A stretch of DNA of 63,973 bases, the filler included, from Licmophora abbreviata (lineage: Eukaryota), in the NCBI GenBank assembly GCA_900291995.1. It is 17 parts of 17 records of this genome, joined end to end, with 100 filler letters (N's around TTAATTAATTAA, not from the genome) between each part and the next. Parts side by side here need not be neighbours in the genome. Positions count along the whole stretch, not along the records: positions 33,183 to 39,853 come from OLMU01003497.1; positions 39,954 to 47,986 come from OLMU01003498.1; 15 more parts are not named here. One strand, given 5' to 3'. Below are positions 35,601 to 47,004 of this stretch, piece by piece (within the stretch, counting starts at the first letter, position 1; every line of letters starts with the position of its first letter). A program made the position numbers and the translations under genes. Under the pieces are notes generated by a model. It made no database searches. It saw only the letters and a list, made by a program, of their open reading frames with translations, and was not told the origin of the DNA.

Positions 35601-37529
35601 TTATGCCGTGAGAGAGTCGCCTTCACCCACATCGGCTTGTTCAAGAAAATCTCTTAGTCGCTGCTCGTCCTGGAGTGAAAGAGCAAGCTCAGAAAAATTG
35701 ACAAGCGAAGTGCACCACATTGCTCTCCCTCGAAGCGTGTGCCCTCGCGCCTCCGTCACTTGCACGACCGCATAGTCTCCAGGATGAAGGGGTACCGGCG
35801 CCCCACCAACACCTTGTGAAGGTCCATCACCTGTGTCTTGTCTGATTTGTGAGAGGATGGACTTCATGTCATTTCCATCTGGGCAGCCGTAGTCCTCTCC
35901 CATGGGAAAGACGATTCTCTTGTTTTGGTCTGTCCGACCATGAAAAGATACGTTCCCTGGTTTGCTTCGTTTCGATTCACCTTCGACTAATACCAACCGC
36001 AACCGACCCACCTCGACTTGGTCATTGCGCTTCTGAACCTGCGTTCGAAAGACGTTGATGATCTCCTGAAGGCGCTGATGTTTCAGATCCTCCGCTACAT
36101 TGTCCTCCATGGAGCGGTGTGCGTGTGTCTTTCCTCGCATACTGTACGCAAACATAAAGGCCTGGTCATACTGAACCTGCTCCATGAGTGACAGCGTATC
36201 TTCGTGTTCCTCTTGAGTTTCCGAGCAAAATCCTGCAATGAAATCCGAGGAAATAGAGACGTCCGGAATAGTCCTTCTAACATCCTCCAATAGTTGCAAA
36301 TATGCCTCGCGCGTATAACCCCGTCGCATGCGCTCGAGCACAGTCGACGACCCCGACTGCGCCGGCATGTGCAGAGAATTACACACGTTCGGAGTCTCCG
36401 CCATGAGGGAGAGGAGTTCGGGAGGATAGTCCTTTGGGTGCGGCGATGTGAATCGTACACGCAGCTCTGGAGAAATGTCACTGACAGCTGCCACCAAATC
36501 GGAAAAGTAGTATCCCGCTCCGCCTCGCAAGCGATACAAGTTGGTGAATCCAGAGTTGGAGGTCTGATAGGTTTTTTCCGGTCTTGCCATCGTCGCCGCC
36601 TCACTCGTGTCATGATAGGAGTTAACGTTCTGTCCCAATAATACAATTTCCTTGACCCCCTCTTGCTCATACAAGTGTCTTGCTTCCGTGATAATACTGT
36701 CATAGGGTCTACTTCGCTCTCGTCCTCGCGTAAAGGGCACGACACAATAGGAGCACATGTTGTTGCATCCACGCATGACGGACACAAAGGCGGTAACATC
36801 ATTGGGATCGCGGCGAATCGGAGTCACGTCGGCGTAGGTCTCTTCCAACGACAACTGTACATTGACCGCTTGTTGATGTTGTTGTTCGGATGACGCATCG
36901 TCATGGTGTGACACTAATAGCATGGAGACAAGTCGCGGCAAGTCGCGATAAGCATCAGGACCCACGACGAGATCGGCGAGACCATCTTGAAACAAGTCTT
37001 CCTTGAGACGTTCCGCCATGCACCCCAGTACTCCAACTATCTTTTTCTTTCTGTAAACATTCGTCTTCTTTCGAGTGTGATTTTTTTTGTTGTGTTTACC
37101 CTGCAGTTCTTTCAATCGATGCCATACTTTGGCTTCTGCACCCTCCCGAATGGCACACGTGTTGGTCAATAGTACATCGGCATGGAGTTCGTCTTGCACT
37201 TCCTGCAATCCAGTGTCCAATAAGAGCGACCGTACAATGTCCGAGTCGTTGACATTCATCTGACAACCGTATGTTTTAAGATGAAAGGAATGTGTTGCGG
37301 TAGTTCTTATACTATCATCCGTACTAGTAAGCGCCGTCTTGGACGAGCCGACGACAAAGTCGGAGAGAGTCAAGCCATCTTGGGGCAGTCTGCTCGTTGC
37401 ACTATTATGTATGATTGCAGTAGAAGAAAATCCACGAGGGTGCTGCGGAGGAGGATGATAAGGCGTTGGTGGGATGAGATGGATCGAACGGCGCCGCCGC
37501 TGCAATCGGAGAGTCGAACGGCCTATCAT
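35601..37529 (-). CDS. CDK5RAP1: tRNA 2-methylthio-N6-isopentenyladenosine synthase (MiaB/CDK5RAP1), radical SAM
   Basis: TYGCQMNVNDS, NTCAIRE, GCMAE, RGCNNMCSYC, FTSPHPKD, a TRAM domain and a mitochondrial-type presequence. Confidence 0.93.
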   Translation of the reverse strand: MIGRSTLRLQRRRRSIHLIPPTPYHPPPQHPRGFSSTAIIHNSATSRLPQDGLTLSDFVVGSSKTALTSTDDSIRTTATHSFHLKTYGCQMNVNDSDIVRSLLLDTGLQEVQDELHADVLLTNTCAIREGAEAKVWHRLKELQGKHNKKNHTRKKTNVYRKKKIVGVLGCMAERLKEDLFQDGLADLVVGPDAYRDLPRLVSMLLVSHHDDASSEQQHQQAVNVQLSLEETYADVTPIRRDPNDVTAFVSVMRGCNNMCSYCVVPFTRGRERSRPYDSIITEARHLYEQEGVKEIVLLGQNVNSYHDTSEAATMARPEKTYQTSNSGFTNLYRLRGGAGYYFSDLVAAVSDISPELRVRFTSPHPKDYPPELLSLMAETPNVCNSLHMPAQSGSSTVLERMRRGYTREAYLQLLEDVRRTIPDVSISSDFIAGFCSETQEEHEDTLSLMEQVQYDQAFMFAYSMRGKTHAHRSMEDNVAEDLKHQRLQEIINVFRTQVQKRNDQVEVGRLRLVLVEGESKRSKPGNVSFHGRTDQNKRIVFPMGEDYGCPDGNDMKSILSQIRQDTGDGPSQGVGGAPVPLHPGDYAVVQVTEARGHTLRGRAMWCTSLVNFSELALSLQDEQRLRDFLEQADVGEGDSLTA

Positions 37530-37751
37530 TGTCGTCGTCGCTGTGATCGCGTATTTTTTGTATCATACTGTGTGTTGAGTTTTTGACGCCGCGTGATGAC
37601 CTTTTCTGCCCTCGTATACCGGAGCGCAGTACAGACGCCTATCAAAGAAAAAAAGCGCGCGAAAAAATACGCCGACCTTTTTACAATTGTATCATACCTC
37701 GACGATGACGATGGCGGCCATGATGACGAGGATACGACGGCACTGACGAGG

Positions 37752-37989
37752 ATGATGAAGGTGTCAATGACAGGACAGTATGCGTTCTGGCTGTTACTGA
37801 TGCGTTTCGGATGTATAGGTGCGAGGGAGGACTCTTTGGTCCATGACTTTTGGCCCTCGAAACATACTACAAACAATCAATTTGGGACCCTCGACTTGCG
37901 GTCGACCGCTCTTCCGAGTAGCAATATCAACGGCATCATGATGGAAGATCGTCAGGATGATGAGGTAAACATAGCAGGCACTCATATTT

Positions 37990-38068
<79 letters not shown>

Positions 38069-39607
38069 GATGCATCGACTTCCATTGAGACCTTCACCCT
38101 TTTCTTCTCGGAGGAACAAAGACCGAGATTGGAGGAATCGGCATCATCCATCAAGGCGGGGTGATGATGATGAGGACGACCACGCTAAACCAAAAGGGGG
38201 ACGCGTGGCGGTGGATATGAGAGGAATGCCCTTCCAACTACTGCGATCGTTCCAAACGCGACTACTCGAAAGATCCACTACCTCAATGGAACCGAGTGAC
38301 AGTACGAGCAAACAACTCAATGCTGCGTCAGTAAAACAAACGCTCTCGGACGGTATCATCCACACGGACAGAAACGCTCTCTCCGGACAGGATGTTTCCA
38401 TATCCTTCGATGCAGCTTCTTCGCTTCGACTCTTCCAAATTCTCCTCCGCTCGTCCGTTGCCTTCGGCGCCGCCTTTGGCGGTACACTGCGGTTGTTGGC
38501 TCCCATGGTCTTGGCGCGACGCGCCTTGAATGCAGGAGGCGATCTGGTCTACGACTATATGCGTGGCCGCTATTTGAGGACGACCTATACGCGTGTAGAG
38601 AACATGTACATTCGGTACTACGAAGTCATGCCTGCCTTTTCGAGGGCACTCTCACGGTTTTCGGCGCATGTCTGTATTCTGTTCGCTCTGAGTAAAATCA
38701 TTGGCGGGTGGTTGTTCATGGTGGTGGGAATACTGCTGCATCAGCCGCACTGTCGATCTACCGTCGAGGGGCCTGGAGAGTGTCGTCACTCGTGGTATGT
38801 CTTGCTGGTCTGGATTGTGGCGGTCGTGGGAACGGGACATGCCTGTTCCACCTGGGTGGCGGTTTGGGGTGGTCCCTTGCGAATACAAGTGGCAGCAAGT
38901 CATTTTCATACGGGACGAAGTCTCGCAGCTCGCGTTTTTCAGAACCCTTGGTATCTTTTGCAGTGGATGCAAGATCCCGAACAGTGGATCTCTATGGTTT
39001 CACAGAATGGAGTCTCATCATCGTCGTCTTCGCAGCCCTTTGAGCCACAACCGATTTTGTTTCCTGCAACGTGGGTGCCTTTGAAAATGTTGCAGGCAAT
39101 TGCGGTCGCCAGAGCAGCGTCGTCAGTTCCAATTCTTGAGGCGACCAATATCAACAACAACAGAGATCCCGTTCGAATTGTTATGCGACGATTCTTGATA
39201 CAATGGGCGCTGGCAGATGAATGGCATCGCGTTTTCATTGTCGAGAAGCGTGTCGGATTGGCGACTGGGGTATGCCTTTGCTATCTGATTGGTACGTTTT
39301 GTGATTAGCACTATGTGTGTATGTGTGTTTCGCTATCGGTACGGTCCTTTCAACGACGAGCAAGTAGTAGCCTTCTGACGCGTCCTATTTCATTTCTCTT
39401 CCAGCCTCGGTTACATTGATGATTGCAGCAGCCTTTATGGACCCAGTTGCAGCAGTCATGATGCTTCCCTCCGTCCTCGCGATATGCGTGTCGGGGTGGA
39501 TGAACGTGGTCATATTCTGGAATCGACTTGAGACCAAACGAAAGCGCGAAGCCATCAACGCTTTCAACATGCGTAGAGAGGCAGCACTCAAGGCCATCTA
39601 CCGATAG
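37752..39607 (+). CDS. Uncharacterised multi-pass membrane protein with poly-Asp tract, 2 exons
   Basis: Long ORF with a signal-like N-terminus and several TM segments. An intron (39292-39404) joins it in frame to ORF 39416-39607. Confidence 0.65.
37992..38066 (+). repeat. Pure (GAT)25 microsatellite encoding poly-Asp
   Basis: Uninterrupted GAT run. Confidence 0.95.
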
Positions 39608-39678
39608 GGAGAGAACGTGTCATCGTCGTCTTGTTGGGTCCGCAAGCGATGTGCATATTGTAGTCGAACTTGAGAACA

Positions 39679-41658
39679 CTAACGGTTCACCGGTAGTCTA
39701 CGACGACACCAGCGCAACAGTCGCAGTACAATGAGAAGAAACAAGACCAGGACGGATAATACTGGCAGACCCATGAGCGAAATTGGCAGTGCGAGCGACG
39801 CGGCCAGAGCTAGCTGATAATGCATCGCGAGAGGAACTCCGCGGTGATTGACGNNNNNNNNNNNNNNNNNNNNNNNNNNNNNNNNNNNNNNNNNNNNTTA
39901 ATTAATTAANNNNNNNNNNNNNNNNNNNNNNNNNNNNNNNNNNNNNNNNNNNNAGGTACGCCATGCTGTTGCAGTATTCGACTTGTCTCTACGTATTCCT
40001 CGGACTTGACTCTGCCTCCTGACAACTGTGCGGCACCCGATAGCTCGTCTATGGTCCATTGTGATTGAAAGAGTGGCTCCGCATCTTTGTCTTTGCCCAA
40101 AACCCGCAACAAGACTTCCTTGTTGTCCCAGTCGAATTCAAACTCGGCAAAGTTCAATTCAAGAGAGAACATCTTACGCTCCTTGCCTCCTTCTGTCTCG
40201 ACTACAAGGTCGGTCCATGGACTGATCCAGTGTGCAAATCTGGCAAAATTCCTGAACACAAATTGCATGTACGGAATCTTGCATGTTTTCGACGAGGGTC
40301 GAGAGCAAAACACAGTGCCCCAGCTATGCGTGAGTCCGCTGGTCGTTACTTCCATAATTGGCCGAACGGATGATGCTTTGATGGCATCGCCCATGTCGTC
40401 ACTCCTTCTCTGGCAGTCTTTTCTCATCAGTTGCGCGTGATGGACGTCACCGCTCACCAAGAACGGCGCACGTACATTGTCCTGCAGCACAGCGCGGTAC
40501 AATCGCTCCTGTGCGAGCGGGAATTTGTTCCACTCCTCCGCCACGTTTCCATCCGGATATCGGTTGGCATGAACCTGAAGGCCCTGAACGACCAAATTGA
40601 TGGATGCTCGTGATCGTCGAATCGCCTCCTCGAACCATTGCCATTGGCGCTCTCCAAGAAAGTCGCCTTTGGGGTTGACACTGTATTTGTCCCTGCCCGT
40701 GTTCCAAGGAGTCTTGTGCGTCCGCACGTCCAAGACAAAAATTGCGACCGTTCGATCGGACACCTCATTTCCACTGCTACTATCGGATACGTTGTCCGCT
40801 ACAGTGTCCAGGTCCGGATCAAGTCCTGACTCGTGGTCGGGCACCACCTCTCGTCCCAGCGGTCGTGTAAAGTCCAAGAGCTTGACCCCGTATGCCCCAT
40901 GACCCTCTTTGGCGCGCCACATCATGATGGAGTCATCAGGTTCGCCAAGAAAGTTGACAAAGGCTTCCGCACTAGCTCTCTTATGTACATAAGTAGCATC
41001 ACCGTTGTTCTTACCGTAATCATGATCTTTTGCGCAAACAGGTTTTGGAATAATGCAACAAAGGGATGAGCTTTTAAGCAAAAATGGGAGGAGGTATAAA
41101 GTATATGCACACACAAGCGATGAGAGTATAGTAGGTGTTCTACGTACCATCCCAACATCCTGTCAATAGTGAGATGCCATGATTCACAAAAGAACGATAT
41201 CCCTCGTGCGCCTGCTGTTGCTTGTAGATGCGTCGTATACTCTCAGGCGTCGCCTCTTCCACAATAACATGAGGTGGCCACAGGGACGAAAAGTCGACTC
41301 CAATGTTTCGGTCTAAAGTACGAATATATACGGAGTAATAGTAGACGCGACGAGGAGAAGGATGCCATGAGTCATATGCATGACTCAAAGATAACGATAC
41401 ACGATTCGAAGGTCTCGAGTTCGACTCACCAGCATAGATAGCGTCGCCTCCCCAGACAAAGGCAGTGGCATTCCGAGCCTCCATGATGGGCCACAAAGGC
41501 TGAGGGTAGTTTTGACTGTTGCAGGATCCAAACAAGACTCGCGATGGTCGTTGCGTATATGCACTCGACTCTGCTGTGCAAGATTCATCCGTCTCGGAAG
41601 TAGAGTCTTGATGAGACGAGGAAGGATCGTCGTCGACGTTGGTCGTCATCCTCGTCAT
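39679..41658 (-). CDS. PhoD-like alkaline phosphatase/phosphodiesterase with C-terminal TM anchor; 2 introns and a gap
   Basis: FGSCN, GDAIYA|D, WD|DHDYG.NNGD, LDVRTHK, LGERQWQW and SGDVHH motifs. Introns at 41429-41313 and 41147-41027. Beyond the gap the frame reads VNHRG..hydrophobic..RRRLPVNR*. Confidence 0.85.
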
Positions 41659-42126
41659 GGTCGGTGATGGCGACGGGCGGGTTTAGAATTGTATTGCTAT
41701 TTAGTAGTGTTGATTTAGTAGTAGTGATGTGTGTGTGTGCGTTGAGACTTTTCTGTTCCGTGTGATGATTCGATTCGCTGCGCGCCAGAAAGTAGGAGGG
41801 CCTGACAGACGCCGTGTTAGATTCCACGCGGAAGCTGTTTGTGCGACAGGCGCGCGTCTGGCAGATTTCCCGCCACAAAAAGCAACACTCATCTCGTCGT
41901 TTTTGTGGCGACACCTCAGAGGTGCGAGCACGACATCACAGTAACGCATCCTCTCTATATCGACAGTCGGTAGCGTTCTCATCGCATCGTCGTCGTCGTT
42001 GCAGGGGAATTGTACCATCCATTCATTCAAGAAGACTCTTGTCGTGTGTACGATCAAGTCTTGAGGATACAAACAAGCCTTCCGAAACAGACGTACCTCT
42101 GTTTCGGTTTCAAATTCCGTGTGGCT

Positions 42127-42894
42127 ATGACGACGAGACTGCGCCGCCGGTACTTGCTCGTGCCAAGACGACCAACATGTCGACTGCTGTCACTTCTATT
42201 CATGCCACTGCTCATCGCTTGTGGATCGTCTGTGGAAGCCTTTCTCGTGTCACCACCAGTAGCATCAGTGTTGCATACGACACGTCTATTCGCTAGTACG
42301 TTGCCTGTTATTTCCGAAATGAAGGCGGGAGAGATACGAAAGGAACTGGAAAGTTACGGTGTATCCACCAAGAGCTTTCTGGAAAAGAAAGAGCTGGTGG
42401 CGGCCTTGAGCAAGGCGCGGTCTGACGAGGGCAAGAAACGAAAAGAACAAAAGCGTGAGAGCGAACGAACAAAGAGTTATGATGCCAACAACAACAGCAA
42501 CAACGAAACGGCAAGTAGTAGTAGCTCATCGGCAGAAAAGAAAGAAAAGGAGAAAGAGTCCTCGTCGTCTTTATCACGACAAGAACGATTGCAAAAAGAA
42601 TTGGAAAAGGCCAAGGGGATGAAGGTAGGAGAGCTAAAGAAAGAATTGCAGAGCATGGGGATATCCACAAAGACCTTTTTCGAAAAGACGGAATTTGTCA
42701 AAGCCTATGCCGAGGCTGTCGTGGACGGCGTGAAGAGTAAGAGTCGAGGTACTTCTACAAGCGGAAGTACTGCGAGTGCTCCAAGACAAGACGAGCCGTA
42801 TGATTCGAGCTATCGAGATGTGTCAATGCGAAAGCTCGATCGGAGAGAACTCATGGGTGGACCACCCATCATTGATGTTCGACTGGCGCGATAG
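42127..42894 (+). CDS. Uncharacterised plastid-targeted protein with two SAP/HeH-like repeats
   Basis: VEA-FLV bipartite motif and two copies of MK.GE..KEL.S.G.STK.F.EK.E.V.A. Confidence 0.7.
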   Translation: MTTRLRRRYLLVPRRPTCRLLSLLFMPLLIACGSSVEAFLVSPPVASVLHTTRLFASTLPVISEMKAGEIRKELESYGVSTKSFLEKKELVAALSKARSDEGKKRKEQKRESERTKSYDANNNSNNETASSSSSSAEKKEKEKESSSSLSRQERLQKELEKAKGMKVGELKKELQSMGISTKTFFEKTEFVKAYAEAVVDGVKSKSRGTSTSGSTASAPRQDEPYDSSYRDVSMRKLDRRELMGGPPIIDVRLAR

Positions 42895-43278
42895 CAGTAT
42901 GTAGTGATGAGGGGCGTTCAAGCTATAGTGTAGTAGAATGGTTGAATTTGACAGTGCTATACGGCATATACGACTTTGCTATTACAGGGTGCTTTCAGCA
43001 TCCTTTTTCCTGTCGCTAGGTTCAATATTCAAACACATGCGCAAGGCTCCACATCACTTCGTCGCGCGCCATGTGTGTGACCACATCAGCGCGTGATGTC
43101 GACGGCGAGACGGAGCACACTGTGATGATGTGCGATGCACTACTGTCTGTTATCATTCTGATGAGCACGGCTACGACGACGACGATCTTTCGTCTATCGG
43201 TAGTACCAATGCAACTAAGTTCTTGCTCACAGACAGATCAAGACGTGTCAATGCCCTTTTTTTTACATCGAGTACAGG

Positions 43279-44493
43279 ATGAACAGTATGATTGTCCTTC
43301 TCGTTGGAGTGACCTTTTGTCTAGTTCTGCTGGCCACCGCCTATTTCTGCAGCTTTTCCAAGGCACAGGATGGGAGTATGGCACTGAATCTCCCCCTCGC
43401 CCGTGGTTTGATTGTGGTACAGGCAGTGGAGTTTGCGGCCTTTTCCACTTCCATACTGGCATGGATCGCAGACGAAATGACGTGCTCCTATGAAAGTTTT
43501 CAACAACGTCAGTGTGTCGAACTGGGCTTTCATCATCGCAGCAAGTACTTGTTGACAGCGACGGTCTTGGGAGTGATAATGATACTCTGTGGATGTTTCT
43601 TATCGACTCTGTTATTGGCCTACCCTGCACTGTCAAGTCGTTATTTTGCATCCAACCACAGCCACAGCAACGACAAGACCCTGTGGAGAGGCGTCGCTGC
43701 AGTGTGCTTTCTTTGTGCCGTCTGCAGCAGTCTTGTCTTGGTCTTCCTTGCACTGGAAAGCAACAGCAGTAGTAGTGGTGGTGGCAGCACGTTTCATAAC
43801 GGTGCCTATTGTGTCATGCTGTCGATTGCGCTGTATCTCATTTCAAGCATGATACTTTGGATGCTCGCTCCGAGAATGCACATGTTAAGGCAGGATGACA
43901 CCGTTGGTACTCCTTCTCCTCTCGTGTGGGGCGACAACAACGAGGAGGAGTGGGAAAGAGGTGTTGATCATGGAAATTTCGATGCGGTACATCATGGGAC
44001 AGTGGTCGCGTTGGAGTCATCGCGAGACGAAATGAGAAGCACTGCCATCACCAATATGGCAGACAACAACACCAGCAACATCGAGTCACCTCAAGAGAAT
44101 GCATCTTTCGATTCTACGACTCGATTCCTGATCGCCTTGTCTTTTCTACTCTACCTACTTCATGTTGCGGGCAGTACGACATTGTTGGTATTGCACAATG
44201 AGGCCAACAACAACAGCAACAACAACAAGAACTGGGTGACGAATCTGGTTGGCGGCGTTTGGATGCTGTTGCTTGTGCCGTATCATAGCTATGGTGCGAG
44301 ATACTACCACTATAATCACGGTGTATCGTCATCAACGTGTACAGAACAAGAAGCACAGTCATCTCATCGTCGTGACTGTTCTACTCGTATGCGAATCCCC
44401 ATTACGGACGCCAAGCAGGTACTCAAGATCAACCTGTGCGTTCATGGATCACTAGGCGTTGTCGCCGGTGTCCTGCTAGGTGTATTGCTGTGA
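43279..44493 (+). CDS. Uncharacterised multi-pass membrane protein
   Basis: 404-aa ORF with about 7-8 hydrophobic segments and no recognised motif. Confidence 0.55.
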   Translation: MNSMIVLLVGVTFCLVLLATAYFCSFSKAQDGSMALNLPLARGLIVVQAVEFAAFSTSILAWIADEMTCSYESFQQRQCVELGFHHRSKYLLTATVLGVIMILCGCFLSTLLLAYPALSSRYFASNHSHSNDKTLWRGVAAVCFLCAVCSSLVLVFLALESNSSSSGGGSTFHNGAYCVMLSIALYLISSMILWMLAPRMHMLRQDDTVGTPSPLVWGDNNEEEWERGVDHGNFDAVHHGTVVALESSRDEMRSTAITNMADNNTSNIESPQENASFDSTTRFLIALSFLLYLLHVAGSTTLLVLHNEANNNSNNNKNWVTNLVGGVWMLLLVPYHSYGARYYHYNHGVSSSTCTEQEAQSSHRRDCSTRMRIPITDAKQVLKINLCVHGSLGVVAGVLLGVLL

Positions 44494-44813
44494 TGGTGGT
44501 GGTGTTTGTTGAGTAGCATTGTGTATTTTAGAGGCATGCAGTGAACTGTAATACTTCTACGTCCGATTGGCGAAGTAGTCTAGCTAGGGTACGACACCGT
44601 GCACACTGGAATGTAACATCGTTGGGATGAGCATATGGAGACCGACTCGTTCGACTAATCACCGAGCGCGCCCCTTGCCGATGTTGCATGCGATTCAATT
44701 GCATCAATGGCACGACGGTGATGGTGGCGAGTGTGGAGTTGTGTTCATTCGGTCGTCGTCGTCGGAACCCCCTTGCATCCGGCATTGCCTTGTGCAGTAT
44801 AGTACGGCGCTGA

Positions 44814-45818
44814 ATGAAACTGCCGTGGAATCAACTGTCCATCATTACGTTAGGTGCTGGAGCATCGCTTTGTCGAACTGGGACGGCGGCACCTCGTAGC
44901 ACGAGAATGATGTCCCTCGCATCTACTCCTAGCCATCATCCAGCAGCCAAGAGGCCTTTTCCTGTATACCCTCTCTCGCATCGCGAACGAGTCATGGAAC
45001 GACGACGCAAGGATCTTGACACTGTAACAACCAGCATCAAGACACTCCATTTTGTTCGCCACGCCGAGGGATACCACAATGTCAACAAGGAGTACCGAGA
45101 CTTGAAGAATCTAGATGCAAGACTCACACCGCGTGGCAAAGACCAATGTAAACGACTGGCCGAGCAGTGCTTGCAACAGAAAAGTAGCTCGTCGTTGTTG
45201 CACCGAACCGAGTTGGTCGTCACGTCTCCGCTGACGCGATGTGTGGAAACGTCCTTGTTAAGCTTTCCGACACTGTCTTCGGTGACGCCATTTGTAGCTC
45301 ATGAGGATATACGAGAGACTGTCAATTTCAATTGTGACCGACGTAGGCGGATCAAGGAGCTGAAAGAGGAGTTTCCAAGCATTGACTTTTCTCGAGAGTC
45401 ACAAGGCAAGAGTGACCATGACGCGATATGGCAACACTATCACGAGATACTGGGTGAGACGCACGACACACATCGGGAGAGTGCGCAATTGTACAAGGTC
45501 GCAGAGCGAGGACGACGTTTCTTGGAGTGGATTGCAGAACGGCCCGAGAAGGAGATTGTCGTATGTACACATTCGGCATTTCTACGCTGTCTCAAGTCCT
45601 GGGGACAAGAGGGCGGTGTGCCTAGAATGCCACCACAGGACCTGGACGATCGATGTGATTGTGACGACATGGATGTTCCTCTCTTGCAGTACTGCGGCGA
45701 CGACCCGGACTTTGAAGACTACATGCGCAGTACGTACGACAACTGTGAACTGCGGTCCATTCTCGTGGTGTTCGACGCGGAGTCCATCAGTGACGATGCC
45801 GAGAGCACGGCAGAGTAG
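44814..45818 (+). CDS. Phosphoglycerate mutase-like histidine phosphatase
   Basis: LHFVRHAEGYHN, LTPRG, SPLTRC, IVVCTHSAFL and NCELRS. Confidence 0.88.
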   Translation: MKLPWNQLSIITLGAGASLCRTGTAAPRSTRMMSLASTPSHHPAAKRPFPVYPLSHRERVMERRRKDLDTVTTSIKTLHFVRHAEGYHNVNKEYRDLKNLDARLTPRGKDQCKRLAEQCLQQKSSSSLLHRTELVVTSPLTRCVETSLLSFPTLSSVTPFVAHEDIRETVNFNCDRRRRIKELKEEFPSIDFSRESQGKSDHDAIWQHYHEILGETHDTHRESAQLYKVAERGRRFLEWIAERPEKEIVVCTHSAFLRCLKSWGQEGGVPRMPPQDLDDRCDCDDMDVPLLQYCGDDPDFEDYMRSTYDNCELRSILVVFDAESISDDAESTAE

Positions 45819-46085
45819 TGCTATCGCTCTTGTACTCTACGTAATTAATTTCAAGGCATGATCTCTCTTTTGCTTTGAACGTGTTCACATGCGTCGACAA
45901 GACGTCATGCACACGAGCTGCAGATACTCGTCCAGTCGTCCCTGTTGAATAGATTGCGCTCCGCTCGCCACAAACGTCGACAAGACTAGTATTTGTGCGG
46001 CGGTGGCAACCATGGCGAAGTGGCTGCGTCATATATCATTATTGGGTGACTCGCTTGCCGTTCTCGCACTCCCCTCCAAGATATG

Positions 46086-47004
46086 CTACTTATTAGACGT
46101 GTTCACTACGCCACAAAAGTAGGGGTGATCCAATGCTTCTTTGGCCGAAATGCGTTTTGCAGGATTGCAAGTGAGAAGTTTTCCAAGCAAGTGAAGCGCT
46201 TCCTCACCCATGCTCTGCCTGATTCGTTTCGAAAAGGGCTGTCTTGGCCAAACAGGACAGGCATCACCACTGTAGTGTGGCAATTCAGAAAACGCTGGCC
46301 ATGTTGCCTCGGTGGGAGTACCGAGCGTTTGAAAGAGGCAATAGAGGTGAACAATCTCATTTGTCTCACACTCCTCCAATTCGTACGACGTGGAGAAGGG
46401 ATGTCGTCCGGTCGCCATGGTATCAAAGAGAAGACCTACAGACCACATGTCAATGGGGGTACCGTAGGATGCATCGCCTAGCATCACTTCTGGTGCCCGG
46501 TAGAGGAGAGTGCTCGTTGGAAGAGTCAGGCGAGGCGAGTCGACTTCTTTGTCGGGCACTAGGCGGGCACCGCGGAATCCAACGAGCTTGAGCTTTGTGT
46601 TGTCGTCAAAAAGTGACAGTGCCGAAAGGGAAAGCCGCCGATGCATCACCCCGCGTGAGTGACAGTAGGCAAGGGCGGAACACAGCTGGTGAAGGTAGCT
46701 CTGGAGCATGTTTGGCGTCAAGTGACTATTATCATCAGCAAGCCTAGTCAGATGTGTGAGCATGTTGCTGTTGCTGCAGAGTTCTTTAATGAAGTATATC
46801 TGTCCATTATTTTCAAAGCAGGCATGGAGCCGGAGAATATTTTCGTGGCTTAGCTCACGAAGAATTGCAGCCTCTCGACGAAGGTTGTCGTCGTTGCGGC
46901 CTGTCAATACAAGGCGCTCGGCTTGAAGGATTTCTCGGTTTTGGACGTCTCTGACTCTGACAAGTCCATCAGTAAATGCTGGAACGAAAGGAGCCCGCCT
47001 ATAA
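46086..47004 (-). CDS. CDK-like (pseudo)kinase; 5' end uncertain
   Basis: CDK C-lobe motifs (TLLYRAPEVMLG, YGTPIDMWSVG, LGTPTEATWP, KRISAKEALDHPYF) with degenerate catalytic motifs. Confidence 0.8.

Noticed and set aside
37794..38154. Poly-Ile and poly-His ORFs
   Set aside because: Antisense readings of the (GAT)n microsatellite.
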